From assembly GCF_009914755.1 (NCBI RefSeq), contig NC_060937.1: a DNA stretch of 64,000 nucleotides. One strand, given 5' to 3'. Shown in pieces: positions 1 to 13,778 of the stretch. The stretch comes from the human T2T-CHM13v2.0 reference genome, Homo sapiens. Each line of letters opens with the position of its first letter. The first letter of the stretch is position 1. The position numbers and the translations under genes were made by a program. The notes beneath the pieces were generated by a model. That model saw only the letters and a program-made list of their open reading frames with translations, was not told the origin of the DNA and did not search any database.

Positions 1-978
1 GTGTTGGCAGTTACTGGTGGGCCGGTTCCTGGGCCTTAGGTGGTTTGCATGGATGCTGGTAGTGGCAGCAGTGGGCTAGGTGACTGAACAGGTTCTCACG
101 TCGCTGGGAAACAATTGTGCTATGGGTCATGGCAGTAGAGGTGGTGAATGACCCTCTGGGTCCTGCATGCTGTGGGCTGGTGTTGGTGGTGGCTGTGCTA
201 CAGGTCACCACCCACAGTTCCAGACATGCTGTTCTCAGGTTCTTCTGCTCTCTGCAGCAGCAGTGCTACAGTGCCATGTGAAAGGAGGAAGAACCTTGCT
301 TTCACTCCAGATCCCAGGCATGCAGGCCATGTTACACTGTGAGGTTGTAGTCACTACTTAGAGCCTCAGTCAAGCAGGTCTCTGGATCACCTGCCCCAGG
401 CTTCAGCAGCAGTAGCAGAAGTGGGTGTGTGGAGGAGGAGGAGATGTCCTGTTCTCTATGTGTGAGCCTGAGAACAGAGACTCTTCCGCCGGTGGGAGAG
501 GAAATCAAACTAATGAGTATAAATTACTCCAGTTTGCCATTAAAGGGAAGGATAAATATGGTGAGATGGTGGTAGTTGGAAGGAGTTCTGGAGTCTATTG
601 AAGCGTTTGCTGTGTTAATGTGTTTTGTTTTAATAGAGAGAAAATGAACTTAAATATATTGGTATAGCTATTTTATTGAATCAGTTAGCTTTAATTAGTT
701 CCACTTAAGTAGGAAGCAAACATTATTTTCTTACTACTGCCCTTCAATCTCATGTGGCATATGTATCTCTCTAAAAGCTTTTCTAGTCAGTTTTGTCAAT
801 TAGCTCTATCTCATTTTCAGATATTGAATTACTTGTTTCATCTAAATTAGTACTTCCATATAGTGTACAATCAGACTGTGTCCCTTCTCCAAGCTCAACC
901 TAGGCCTGCTAATTCTTACACAAGCCAAGGGAAGGAGGGGCCTGATCAGTTCTTCAACCCTATTTTTTTACTCTCTTT

Positions 979-1295
979 TTCTATTCTTTTCATTTTTCCT
1001 TTTTCTTTTTTTTTTGACAGGGTCTCACTCCGTCACCCAAGTTGAAGTGCAGTGGTACAATCATGGCTCACTGCAGCCTCAATCTCCTGGGCTCATGGTA
1101 CCCTCCCACCTCAGCCTTCTGAGTATCTGGGAGTACAGGAGCATGATGCCACACTTGGCTAATTATTTTTTTTTTGTAGGGATAGGAGTATTGCTATGTT
1201 GCCCAGGCTGGTCTTGAACTCCTGGCCTCAAGCGATCCTGCTATCTCAGCATCCCAAAGTGCTGGGATTACAGGCATGAGCTACTGTGCCTGGCC
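979..1295 (-). mobile_element. AluJ-type SINE
   Basis: Full Alu dimer on the reverse strand with a T-rich tail; TSD-like tactctcttt on both sides. Confidence 0.9.
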
Positions 1296-2523
1296 CTACT
1301 CTCTTTCTCAACTCATATTATAGTTTTTGGTTCCTCTATAAGTGGGGCAAGGTGTGGGGAAGAGTTAAGTTGTTAAAAAGTTAAAAATTAAAGTGAGAAT
1401 CAGCATCAGTCTTGTACCCCATGGAAATGTCAGGAGATACAAGTCAAGTAGTTAAAATGATTCTCTTATATTACTCTGATCAGGAAACAGCACTAGTAAA
1501 CCAATACATTTTGCTGTTCTACAAGTATCAGTCAGGGAGGTGGATAGGGGAAGAGTGAGATGTTACTTTCTCCTTGTGGCATATATTCCTCTTCTCTATA
1601 AAAAGTCTCCCTCACTTGGTTTGAGATAGGGGACATCATCCCTCCTACACCCTCCATGGGGAGGGAAAAATCAGGGAAATGCATAGAACTCCAATAGCTC
1701 TGTTCAGAAGAAATACTGTCTCCAAACTCAGATCAGTCTCTAGCAATCCCATATAGACAACAGATGGGTAAAGGGTGAAGTGTTGAAGGACTAATTTTGG
1801 CCACCCCTTGGCAAATTTTGCCTTAATGAATCTATTATCTCCTCATTTGAATGTACAGATCCTCATCATTTATTGCACTCAGCTGAGAGAACAGAAAAAT
1901 GTCATTTCACATTCTGTTGCATAGGAAAGAAAAGGCATATATGATTCCTGCCTAAGAATGCAAGCTCAGTGGATTTTCTGGACGTAAGATAGAAAAGAAT
2001 ACTTATTGTTATAACCTAAATGAGCTTATGGCACCTGTAACCACTATCAGATTGTTATCATCTTCAAAAGACACATTGGTCTGACATCTGGCATTTAAAA
2101 GAAATGTAAATCTTTGGTCAAGGAAATTTCAAATGAGGGAGAGCTAATGATGTATGATAAATAGCAAAACTTCATCAATTGTATCCATCCCTATTGCCAG
2201 AGTTTTAGTGATAACCTCTCAAAAATCTAGTCTATTATTGGAGCTTATATCTCCCCTTCTCTCTACCAATTCTGTTCTTCCAAGAATAGCTCTCTACCCT
2301 TTTAAAATCTAATACAATTTAGCCTTGTCACTTCTCCGGTTGCTCACTCAAACTTTATACCAGTCATGTCAACACACATCCTGGTAGCTGAGCAAGTGTA
2401 TACAGAAACATTTTTAGAAGGTGAGAAAGGGGTGAGTGGGTAAAGAAAAGTGAATGCTAAGATATTTTGTCTGTGACATATTGATAAATATAATTTAATT
2501 TTTCTTTTTTTCTTTTGGTTTAG

Positions 2524-3201
2524 CTAAAACTGGTAAAATTGAGTCACTACATGTAGCATTCACTGAAGATGAAACCACTTCCATTAAAATGGATAGAACT
2601 CGTTTTCCTGATGTTTTAAGAAATCAATCACTAACACCTATCAATATCCAAAATATCTTTCTTGATCACTGTGTACAAGAAAGAGTGACTGCAATTTCAT
2701 CACCCCAGAAATCTACTAAGCATGTCCGTGAGCAGATTCCAGATACTGCTACTGGTTCCATATTTTTTCCACATTGTAATTCAGCTTCTACTCGAATTTT
2801 TGGGAAACAAACAAACAAAATGGAAAGTTCAAGAAAGTTTAAAACTATGAAAGATGTTTATACTGAAAAAAGGCTAGAAAACATTTTAATTCTTTCTTCC
2901 AAGTTTTCCAAACCTAAAAGTACTCCTGGCTCAGTTATCGCTCAAAAACTTGAGAAAATGCACCCTAAGCATCAACCTTTACCAGAGAGTCCAGGCTATA
3001 CTTATCAGCACATCTCGAGAGACTTAAGTGCAACAGTGCCAAGCCCTCCACCTATGACTGTATCTATGAAACCAGAAGGACAGTGGCCTGAACATTTTAA
3101 ATCAACTGCTACATTGACACTAAGAGTTACTGAATTTCCAGGTTTTGTTTCCTTGCCAACACCAGTTTTACCAAGAAAACCTCACAGGCAGTCTGTGATA
3201 G
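2524..3201 (+). CDS. LRRC63: LRRC63 large internal coding exon (678 nt, phase 1-1), Ser/Thr/Pro/Lys-rich N-terminal region (xKTGKIESLHVAF...PHRQSVI)
   Basis: Long polypyrimidine tract and TAG acceptor ending at 2523; donor G|GTAAAT at 3202; open frame contains ORF 2589..3227; splices in frame to the next exon. Peptide matches my recollection of human LRRC63. Confidence 0.93.
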
Positions 3202-3676
3202 GTAAATACAATCTGAACACGGTATAATTATAGAGTCAAGTAGAGCAAAGGGGAGAGAAGGCATGCAAGCTAATGGTACCCCTCCCGCTTTGGGTTTGCA
3301 GAATGGGAGGATGGAATCACCTTTTATATATACATGTAATACTTGAGCCATAGGGCAATAACAGAAGTCCTGACCTTGCAGATCTGCCAAGGCCAGACTG
3401 GGTACTCCATTCAGATGGTGATAATGGGAACCAACAAGGGAATTCAAAGGATCGGAAAAGCTAATATAAAGAAGCAGTGAGAATACACAGTCATTCAAAG
3501 GTGATCTAGAAGAACTCCAGAAGTAGAATGCCAGTGCTGATAGACGCCTTCATGAATATATTTTCATGGATAATTGGAATCCATTAAATGATGAACAATT
3601 ATATTGAAGTCATAAAACCCTCAAGTGAATTTTTACAAATATCCAAAGTCATCCCATTTGTTTTTCATTTTTCTAG

Positions 3677-3745
3677 AAACTCTTGTAACAGAAAATGGAA
3701 ATATAGAAAGTGTCCCAAAGCAAATCCCACCAAGACCACCTGAAG
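3677..3745 (+). CDS. LRRC63: LRRC63 coding exon (69 nt, phase 1-1): ETLVTENGNIESVPKQIPPRPPE
   Basis: ttttcatttttctAG acceptor; GAAG|GTAAAT donor; frame continuous with both neighbours. Confidence 0.9.
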
Positions 3746-4651
3746 GTAAATGCTAGATTTATACAATTCTTTTAGAAAATGTATGTAAGATTATATCTTT
3801 AAAAAATTATGGGTGATTTTTTGTGTTTATGTGTGTGATTCACACATGCATAACACACATATGTCTTACCTCATTTTCAGCTCCCTAAGTCATTTATGGA
3901 GCAGCTATTTTTAATATATTGACTATGAACCAAATATATTGATATTGAGAATATAAAAGCTGATGCACTCGTAATCTGGGTGGGGTGGACAGGCATACAG
4001 AAATATGAATTAACTATTTGCCATGTGCCAGGCAAATCAAACAAATGAAAATGAAAAATATATTTGAAGAAAGATTATACCATCCTAGATGTTACATTAT
4101 GTCTACAAACAATCTCTCAAATATAGTGTGTGGCAAATAATTCACAATTACCAGGCACACAAAGAGAAAGACAAAATGAATGAAAACTAGCAGAAACAAT
4201 AAGCAGTAGAAACATATCCACAGGATTATTTGGTATTAGAATTATTGGGCACATTTTTTAATAACCTGGTGACTTCTGGGTTTTTTCCATTACTAAGTAG
4301 TTTGTAATGGACTAACCTTACCAAAATCAACTATTAAAGCTGCCAAAAATATATAAAGTAGCTATTGAAGGAACTGGACAGTAACCAATGTGGGCGTGAC
4401 TTGAGTAGAACTGGACAGTAACCAATGTGGACATTACAATTCCTGAAAGAAGGGAAGCTCTGCCTTTACCTTGGCTCATGCCTGAGGGTGTTTGTGGTGT
4501 GGGAGAATGGATTACAAGTAGAATGTGGTGGTTTTAGTGGATTGAGGAGCTAGTAGTCAGACTTCAGAGCAGCCAATATACTTGGGACTTGAGGGAGAAA
4601 ATCTTGGCGAGGAGAGAATTGAAGGAAGGTGAATCAAAAAATCTGCATACA

Positions 4652-4761
4652 AGCTGGGCACAGTGGAGTGCAGCTGTAGTCTCAGTTCTTGAGAGGCTGA
4701 GGTGGAGTATCACTTTAGCCCAGGAGTTCGAGGCCCGCCTGGAACATAGTGAGACTCAGTC
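4652..4761 (+). mobile_element. FLAM (free left Alu monomer); its tail is displaced to 7298-7314 by the MST insertion
   Basis: Monomeric Alu-like sequence; TSD aaaaatctgcataca / aaaaatcttcataca at about 4637-4651 and 7310-7324. Confidence 0.8.
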
Positions 4762-5310
4762 TGTGTTAGGCCATTCTTGCATTGCTATAAAGAAATACCT
4801 GAGACTGGATAATTTATAGGGAAGAAAGACTTAATTGGCTCACAGTTCTGCAGACCTTACAAGAAGTATGGTGCTGGTATTTGCTGCTGGTGAGGGCCTC
4901 AGGGAGCTTTTACTCATGGTATACAGCAAAGTGGGAGCTTGAACATCACATGATGAGAGCGGGAGCAAGAGAGAGAGTGGTGTGCGGTACAGGTGCCACA
5001 AACTTTAAAACAGCCAGATCTTATAAGAACTCACTATCATGAGGGCAGCACAAAGCCATGAGGGATCTACTCCCATGAACCAGACACCTCCCACCAGGCC
5101 CCATGTCCAACACTGGGAGTTACATTTCAATATGAGATTTAGAGGGGACAACATCCAAACTATATCACTCCACCTCTGGCCCCTCAAATATCATGTTCTT
5201 CTCGCATTGCAAAATACAATCATCCCCTGCCAATAGTTCCCCAAAAGTCTCAACTGATTTCAGCATCATTCAAAAGTGCAAAGTCTCACGTGAGACAAGG
5301 CATGTCCCTT

Positions 5311-5601
5311 TGTATTAGTTTGGGTTCTCTAGAGGGACAGAACTAATAGGATATATGTATATATGAAAGGGAGTTTATTAAGGAGAATTGACTCACCATC
5401 ACAAGGTAAAGTCCCATGATAGACCGTCTGCTAGTTGAGGAGTAAGGAAGCCAGTAGTGACTCAGTTTGAATCCCAAAACCTCAAAAGTAGGGAAGCCGA
5501 CTGTGTAGCTTTCAGTCTATGGCTAAAGGCCCGAGAGCCCCTGGCAAACCACTGATGTAGGTCCAAGAGCCCAAAAGCCGAAGAACTTGGAGTCTGATAT
5601 T
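5311..5601 (-). mobile_element. MLT2A (ERVL) LTR fragment inside MST-int
   Basis: tgtattagtttgggttctctagagggacagaactaatagga... is the reverse-strand MLT2A terminus; truncated after about 290 bp. Confidence 0.8.
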
Positions 5602-6498
5602 CTATGGGAGGGGCTGCCACAATGGTCTCTGAAATGTCTTTGAGGCCTTGTTCCTCTTGGCTATTTGTATTTGGATCCTTTTTAGTTATGCACATCTCTC
5701 TAGCAAGTGGTTACTCTATAGCCTGCTGGAATCCCTCTCCCAAAGCTTTTTCTTTCCATGCTGTATGGCCAGGCTGCAAATTTTCCAAACTTTTACAATC
5801 TGCTTCCCTTTCGAATATAAATTTCAACTTTGTCATTGCTTTGCTCCCACATCTGAGCATAGGCTGTTACAAGCAGCCAGGCCAAATCTTGAATGCTTTG
5901 CTGCTTAGAAATTTCTTCTATCAGATACCCCAAGTCATCACTCTGAAGTTCAGACTTCCACAGATCATTAGGACATGAATAGAATTTAGCCAAGCTCTTT
6001 GCTAAGGTGTAACATGGGTGACTTTTGCTCCAGTTTCAAATAAGTTCTTCATTTCAATCTGAGACCTTGGCAGCCTGGACTTCACTGTCAATATAAATAT
6101 CAACATTTTGGTCATGCTGTTTACCTAGTCTCTGGGAAGTTCCAAACTTTCCCTCATCATCCTGTCTTCTTCTGAGCCCTAGAAACTTCCAACCTCTGCC
6201 TGTTACCTGGTTCCAAAGTGGCTTCCACATTTTCATGTATCTTTATAGCAATGCCCTTCTCCTCAGTACCAATTTTATGTGTTAGTTTGTTCTTTCATTA
6301 CTACAAAGAAAAACCCAAGACTGAGTAATGTGTAGAGAAAAGAGGTTTAATTGGTTTACAGTTCTGAAGGCTATACAAGCGTAGTTATGGCATTCCCTTG
6401 GCTTTTGGGGAGGCCTCAGTGAGCTTTTACTCATGGCAGAAGGCAAAACAAGAGCAGGTATATCACACCACTGCAAAAGCAGAAGCAAGAGAGAGTGA

Positions 6499-7126
<628 letters not shown>

Positions 7127-9203
7127 TGCCACACACTTTTAAACAACATCGGAATTCCACTCACTACCACAAGGACAGCACCAAGCCATAGGAGATCTGC
7201 CCCCATGACCCAAACACCTCCCTCTGGGACCCACATCCAACATTGGGGTTTACATTTCAACATGAGATTTAAAGAGGACAACATCCAAACTATATCACAG
7301 TCTCTTTAAAAAAATCTTCATACAAACTCCAAGGTTGCTAGCTAATTGTAAGCTGTGAATGTATAGAACAAGACTCCAAGAAACACAGTAGAAAACATCA
7401 GCTGAGAAGACAAGAAATTTATCATAGAGTTTTGTGTTTGCACAAAAGATGGATAATAGAGTTCAAGCTCTGCCAAAGTGTTGGGGCCTTTGTAAACACA
7501 TTGGAATTTCCGTTGAAATTCCATTCCTTAGGAATAAAGATGATGTTCTAGGAAAGAGGACAAAACTAAAATAGCCAAGCCCTAACAAAGCTCAAACCAA
7601 TCCTTGATAATGGTGTTTTCTGCCTAATCAAGGAAAACCTAACACGTTGAGAGAAAGATAGAGAGAGAAAGAGAGAGGGCGTATTATCCAGACTTCTTAA
7701 AATAGTTCATCCTCGAAGTCCAACATTAAATTTAAAAAATTACAACACATTCTAAAAAAAAAATAAAATATCTGAAAAATGGTAGAAAGAAACAGGCAAT
7801 AAAACAGCCCTATATTTGATTCAGATATTAGAGTTTCAAATGGATTTAAAAGTAACTATGATTACTATGTCCAAGAAAACAAAGAGGTCATTGGAGAATT
7901 TCACCACAGAACTGGTATTTTTGTTTTTTAAAATGAGTCAAATAAAATTCTAGAACAATAAAAATAATATACCCAATTAATAATTCAAATAGCTGCATTT
8001 AGTAAGAGGTTATACACAGCAGAACACTCTAACCATAACCTACCATTCCTCCCAGAACTTTTGTACCCTTGTCTATGATGTAAATTAACTTCCGGGTGTC
8101 TTCCATGTCATGCTGCCATTTTTGCTTTATTGAGTTTCTTCTCTGGTAGTTTCCTCCTTAGAAAATTTAAGAATCCTCAGATTCTTGAGAGATCACATCC
8201 TCTTCATCTCCATCTTCCTCATTTCTACTCAACAACCAACTCTGTGGGCTTAGAGCAGGGAGCAGGCCACAGACTTATGTCTTAATTCACTCTCTTTCCC
8301 TTCTTGCTCCATTCTTTCTACCAAGCCAAGGCATCTCTATATTACATTATATATCTTTCTTTATTCTGTGGTCAGCTTTCACATCTCTTGATCTGAAATG
8401 GGCACAGAGGTTCTATTTTAGAAATTAAAAACCTTTTTTTGTTTTCTTTGTTCTAGGATGCTTATTTTCTCTCATCAAACCAGTAGCATAAGAATTACTG
8501 ACATTATAAAATATGTTTCTGCAAACAATGCAGCAATAATGGCTGCAAAAGTAAAATATATAAAATTTTAAAATACTTTCCTGCCACATTTGGTGTATAC
8601 TTGCATAGGACATTTTTGATGGAAGGTGAAACCCATAGGGTCATAATAAAGTAAATTTAAATTTAGATGGTCTTTCTTTGGCTTACTCCTGAGATGTTTG
8701 TTTGTTTCCTATGGGGGATCTACAAACTAAAGGAAGAGTTTAATTACACAGGGCATTTGAATTATACATCAAAGTGATGCTAAGGAAAAAGTGAGGCTGA
8801 TGTCTTCATGAGGTATTCTTACATGATGTTGCTTATTAATTTTATGAGCCAAGAAGTTCTTTATGTAATTCGTAGTAAATTTTAAGAGAACATTTTTACA
8901 CATAGTATACAAAGACTGATATTGATGGAATCTAAATTATCTAGACAGAAATCTATGAGCATATGGTTTACTTTGGGGAAGATAATGGTGCATTTAAAAT
9001 TACAAAACAAAACAACACCCACTTTGGCAAACAGAACTAACTGAGTTTGGGTAGATGAAGGCTATGGGGAATCCCTGCCAGAGGATGTGTACACTTAAGT
9101 CCTTAGGGTAACTCAATATTATCATAAGATAAATACCTCTTAACTTTCATTCTAAGTGATAACACATTTAAATTTTATGTTTTGTTTTGTTTTGTTTATT
9201 TAG

Positions 9204-9361
9204 GTCTCACCAAAACTGAAAAAATAGAATCAGAGATACACGTTGTACGTGGTGAAGGTTTTAAGACTGTTGCAGCAACACGATATGAAACAATAACAGC
9301 CATGACCAACCTGGCCATAGTAAACTGTCAAGTATATGGGAGAAATGCACTTAATCTGAAG
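9204..9361 (+). CDS. LRRC63: LRRC63 coding exon (158 nt, phase 1-0): GLTKTEKIESEIHVV...YGRNALNLK
   Basis: tttgtttatttAG acceptor; AAG|GTATGC donor; lies within ORF 9182..9370. Confidence 0.92.
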
Positions 9362-9714
9362 GTATGCTAGATCTTTTTAATGACAGTGCCCTCCTGTATT
9401 ATCAATTATTTTTGCTTTAAATTTCCCAATATAGATTAGTTTCCATGGTATTGAGGGGAATTTTCCTATTACAATAGAGATTTCTTAGGAACACATTCAA
9501 ATTGCATCTCTAAACCTATATTCCTAGTTTGCCTTCAGTTTAAAAAGATTCTGAGGTTCAAGTCAATCACAGTGCTTTTTTTATTACTTAGCATAAGAGA
9601 ATTTGAATTCAGATTTATTGTATTTTTAAGTTATTAGCAATCTTTGGTTCTGTGACAAATCTAGTACTAGGATGGCTTTTCACTGAACACAAGCTCAATA
9701 TCATGAATAGCAAT

Positions 9715-9920
9715 AATATTAGTTATCATTTGTTAAGTATCCACTATGTGCCAAGTACACATTACTCCTAAAACACAATTATGTAACGTAAGTATTATAA
9801 TCTTTACCCTACAGATAAGAACACTGAGCCTTAATGAAAGTAACTTGTATAAGATCACACAGTAAGCAAGTTGTAGAGCTTGGGTTTGAACCCAGAACTT
9901 TCTGGCCTCAAAATCAATGC
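9715..9920 (-). mobile_element. MIR
   Basis: MIR core (acagataagaacactgagcc...gatcacacag...tttgaacccag). Confidence 0.7.
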
Positions 9921-9989
9921 TTTTTTATTTTAAGTTTTATTTTGAAATAAGTTCTAACTCATAGAAAAGTTGTAAAAATAGGAAAAGCT

Positions 9990-12900
9990 ACAGAGAGTTT
10001 ATTTGAAAAATTAGGCATTAAAATAATATTCACATATACTGGGAAATTTGGAAAGCCAAATGCATGGCTGGGGCTAGAAACATTCTTAGAAAAGACCTGA
10101 GAAGACCCTAAGCTTTCACATTTCGCTGACCTCTAAATGCAGTACAAGCAGGAAGTAAAGGCTAAGGTGGTTGTAAATGGCCTGGCTAAGCATTGAAGGA
10201 GTGCCTTAGCACAGAGTCGATCTGAAAAGATGAAGTTCTCTCTGTCCTCCTCCCTCTGTCTTCTGTTGTGTAAGGAAATCATGTCAAAACAATAACTGAA
10301 CACAAGTTAAAGGAGCAGAGATTTTAAAGAAAATATATGTCAAAGAATACAGACTTCACAAAAAAAGTTTAGAAAATTATTAAACAACCCAATAGCTATA
10401 GCTCATATCAAGCCTACAGAAATTCTGGAGCTGAAAAATACAATAACTGAAATGAAAACTTCACTGGAAGATTTCAATAGTAGATGTGATCAGGCAGAAT
10501 AAAAATAGAAATAGAAACCAAAACAACAAAACAAACCCCAAAGAGAGGGGAAAATGTGATTTCCAGAGTTAACACATAATAATTATTAAGATGTCCAGTT
10601 CCACTTTTTAACAAAAATTATGGAATATGCAAAAAAAAATGCTTGTTCACAGAAGAAACTAACAGAAGCTCTATTTTTTCACGTCAGATGGGTAATGTGC
10701 CAATGTCATAAAAAGGCTTGAGGGAGGCATATTTTATTCATGAGCATAAAAAGCCAATCATCATGCTTATGAACTACTAAAGGATTAGAAACTACTTATG
10801 AGGAAGCACAGACATTGGACTTACTGGAAAAAGGACCTTAAATAAACTGTCTTAAATATGTTCAAACTGCTAAATGAAACTATGGACAGAGAGCTAAAAA
10901 GAATAATGTGTGAACAAAGATTTCAATAAGGAGAATAATGTGTGAACAGAGATTTCAATAAAGAGATGGAAATGACAAAAGAAAAAACACAAAACAAAAC
11001 AATTCTGGAGCTGAAAACTACATTACCAAACTGAAAACTTCTCTAGAAAGTTTCAATACTAGAAATATTGATTAGGCAGAATAAAGAATTATAGAACTAG
11101 AAAATCGGTCAATTGAAATGATCAAGTATGAAGAACAGAAAGAAAAAAAATAAAGAAAAATGAACACAACCTAAGGGACCTCTGGAACATCATCAAGTAT
11201 ACCAACATACATTTAATGGGGTCTCTGGAGAAAAGAAGAGAGAGAGAGAGGAAAGGGCAGAAAAAGTATTTGAAAAAATAATGGCCAAAATATTCCAATT
11301 TGATTAAAAGCACAAATCTATACATCCAGGAAGCTCAATCAACTCCAAGAAGGATAATTGCCAAGAAATCCACAATGAGACATATAATCTAATTGTCAAA
11401 AGCCAAAGTCAAAGAAAGAATCTTGACAGCAGCAATCAAGAAGTGTTTTGTCATGTACAAGGGCTCTACAATGAAATTCACAGCCAGTTTGTTGCCAGAA
11501 ACTATGGAGGCAAGAAAGGAATGGGATGACATCTTTATAGTGCTGAAAGAAAAGCAATCTGTCAACCAAAAGTCTATACCCAGAAAATCTATCCTTCAAA
11601 AACAAAGGAGTAATTAAGACATTCCCCAATAAGCAAAAGCTGAGGGCATTTGTTGCCAGTACACCTGCCCTATAAGAAATGCTAGAGAGTTGTTCAGGCT
11701 ACAGTGAGAGAACATTAGACAGCAACTCAAAGTCTTAAGAAGAAATAAAGAACTCTGATGAAGGTAACTACAAAGGTAAATATAAAAGTCAGTATTATTT
11801 TGGTTATCGGTTTATATTACTTTTTCTTTCTTATATCACTTAAAAGACAAATGTGTAAACATAATTATAAATGTATATTAATGGACACACAATGTATAAA
11901 GATTTAATTTGTGACAAAACAGAAGGGAGATGAAGCCATATAGGAACAGAGATTTTGTGTGCCATTGGAGTTAATTTGGTATCAATCCAAACTACATTGT
12001 TGTAAATTTAGGATGCCAAGTGCAATCCCATAGTAACTACTACTGAAAAACAATATTAAAACATACACAAAAGGATGTGAGGAGGGAATTAATGTGGCAC
12101 ACTACAGAAAATTAATTAAATACAAAGAAGGCTGTAACGAAGGGAATGAACAAAACCAACAATGACAAAACATTCTGGAAAGGGCAAAAATGTAAAGGCA
12201 GTAAAAGTATCTGTGGTTTTCAGGGTTGTGGCAGAAGGGAAGAAAGGATGAATAAGAGAAGCACAGGTGATTTTTAGGGCAGTGATTCTGTATGATACTG
12301 TAATGGTGAATCTATTTCCTTATGCATTTTGAAAACCCATAGAATATATAACACAAGGTGTGAACTATAATGTAAACTATGGACTTGGGTTGATAATGAT
12401 GTGCCAATGTTGGTTCATTGATTGTAACAAATATACCAACATGGTGTACAAGTTGTTAATGTTGGGGGAAGGCTATAGGTACATGTGGTGAAGGGGTATG
12501 TGGAGAAGAAAAATCTCAAATTAAGAACTTAACTTTACACCTTAAAGAACTTGAAGAAAGAGAGCAAACTAAATCCAAAGCTAACAGAAGGAAGAAAACA
12601 ATAATGATAAGAGCAGAGATAAATGAAATAGAGAATAGAAAAACAGTAGAGAAAATTAATGGAAACAAAGATAGGTTATTTGTAAAGATCAATAAAATAA
12701 ACAAATCATTAGCTAGACTAAGTAAAAGAGAGAGAATGTACAAATAACTAACATTAGTCATGAAAATTGAAATATTACAACTGGCCTTACAAAAATGAAG
12801 GGGATTGTAAGAGAATACTATAAATAATTGTACACCAATGAATTATATAACCTAGATAAAATGGAAACATTTCCAGAAAAACACAAATTACCAAAACAGA

Positions 12901-13000
12901 CTCAAGAACAAAAAAAATCCGAGCAGATGTTTAATAAGTAATGAGATTAAATCAGTAACAAAAAACTTCCAAACAAAGAAAAATCCAGGACCAGATGGAC
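9990..13000 (+). mobile_element. Mosaic of old L1M pieces: 5'/ORF1 (to about 12130), L1MC/MD-like 3' end (about 12170-12505), ORF2 fragment (about 12505-13000)
   Basis: ORF1-like peptide in ORF 11393..11617 (ETMEARKEWDDIFIVLKEK); typical L1 3' end and ORF2 motifs. Confidence 0.75.
10682..10785 (-). pseudogene. U13 (SNORD13) snoRNA retrocopy
   Basis: Reverse complement reads ATCCTTTAGTAGTTCATAAGCATGATGATTGG...GCACATTACCCATCTGAC, colinear with recalled U13; C box (TGATGA) and D box (CTGA) present; short T-run on the left. Confidence 0.88.
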
Positions 13001-13425
13001 CTAATTTCAGGCAACCCTAATTTCAGACAAAACAGGCTTTAAACCAACAAAGATCAAAAAAGACAAAGAAAGGCATTACATAATGTTAAGGGCTCAATTC
13101 AACAAGAAGACATAACTATCCTAAATATATATGCACCCAATAGAGGAGCAGCCAGATTCATAAAGCAAATTATTAGATTCCTACAAAAAGACTGAGACTC
13201 CCTCACAATGAATAGTGGGAGACATCAACACTCCACTGACAGCATTAGACAGATCATCAAGGCATAAAATTAACAAAGATATTCAACATTGGACAAAAAT
13301 GGATCTGGACCTTTACAGAACTCTACCCCTAAAACAACAGCATTCTTCCCATTTCCACATGACACATACTCTAAAATCAACCATGTAATCGAACACAAAA
13401 CAAGTCTCAGCAAATGCAAAGTAAT

Positions 13426-13778
13426 TGTATTAGTACATTGTCATACTGCTATGAAGAAATACCTGAGACTGGGTAATTTATTAAAAAAAAAGAGGTTTAA
13501 TGGACTGACAGTTCCACATGGCTGGGGAGGTCTCACAATCATGGCAGAAGGCAAAGGAGAAGCAAAGACATGTCTTACATGACGATAAGCAAGCATGTGC
13601 AGGGGAACTGCCCTTTATAAAACCATCAGCCCTCATGTGACTTATTCACTTTCAGCATGAGAAAAACTCACCCCTATGATTCATTTACCTCCCACCAGAT
13701 CCCTCCCACGACACATGGGGATTATGGGAGCTACAATTCAAGATGATATTTGGGTGGGGACACAGCCAAACCATATCA
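13426..13778 (-). mobile_element. THE1 (MaLR) solo LTR inside L1
   Basis: tgtattagtac...cacagccaaaccatatca, 353 bp. Confidence 0.88.

Noticed and set aside
1-500. GC-richer start of the window as a promoter or exon
   Set aside because: CpG-poor and resembles an antisense old L1 5' region; the family could not be assigned with confidence.
4371-4430. 23-bp direct repeat GAACTGGACAGTAACCAATGTGG with a 14-bp spacer (CRISPR-like look)
   Set aside because: Only two copies, inside old L1 in a primate genome, with no cas genes; a local duplication is the simple explanation.
10900-10961. Short tandem duplications (here about 32 bp; also near 23401-23437 and 58072-58116)
   Set aside because: Ordinary slippage duplications within decayed repeats.
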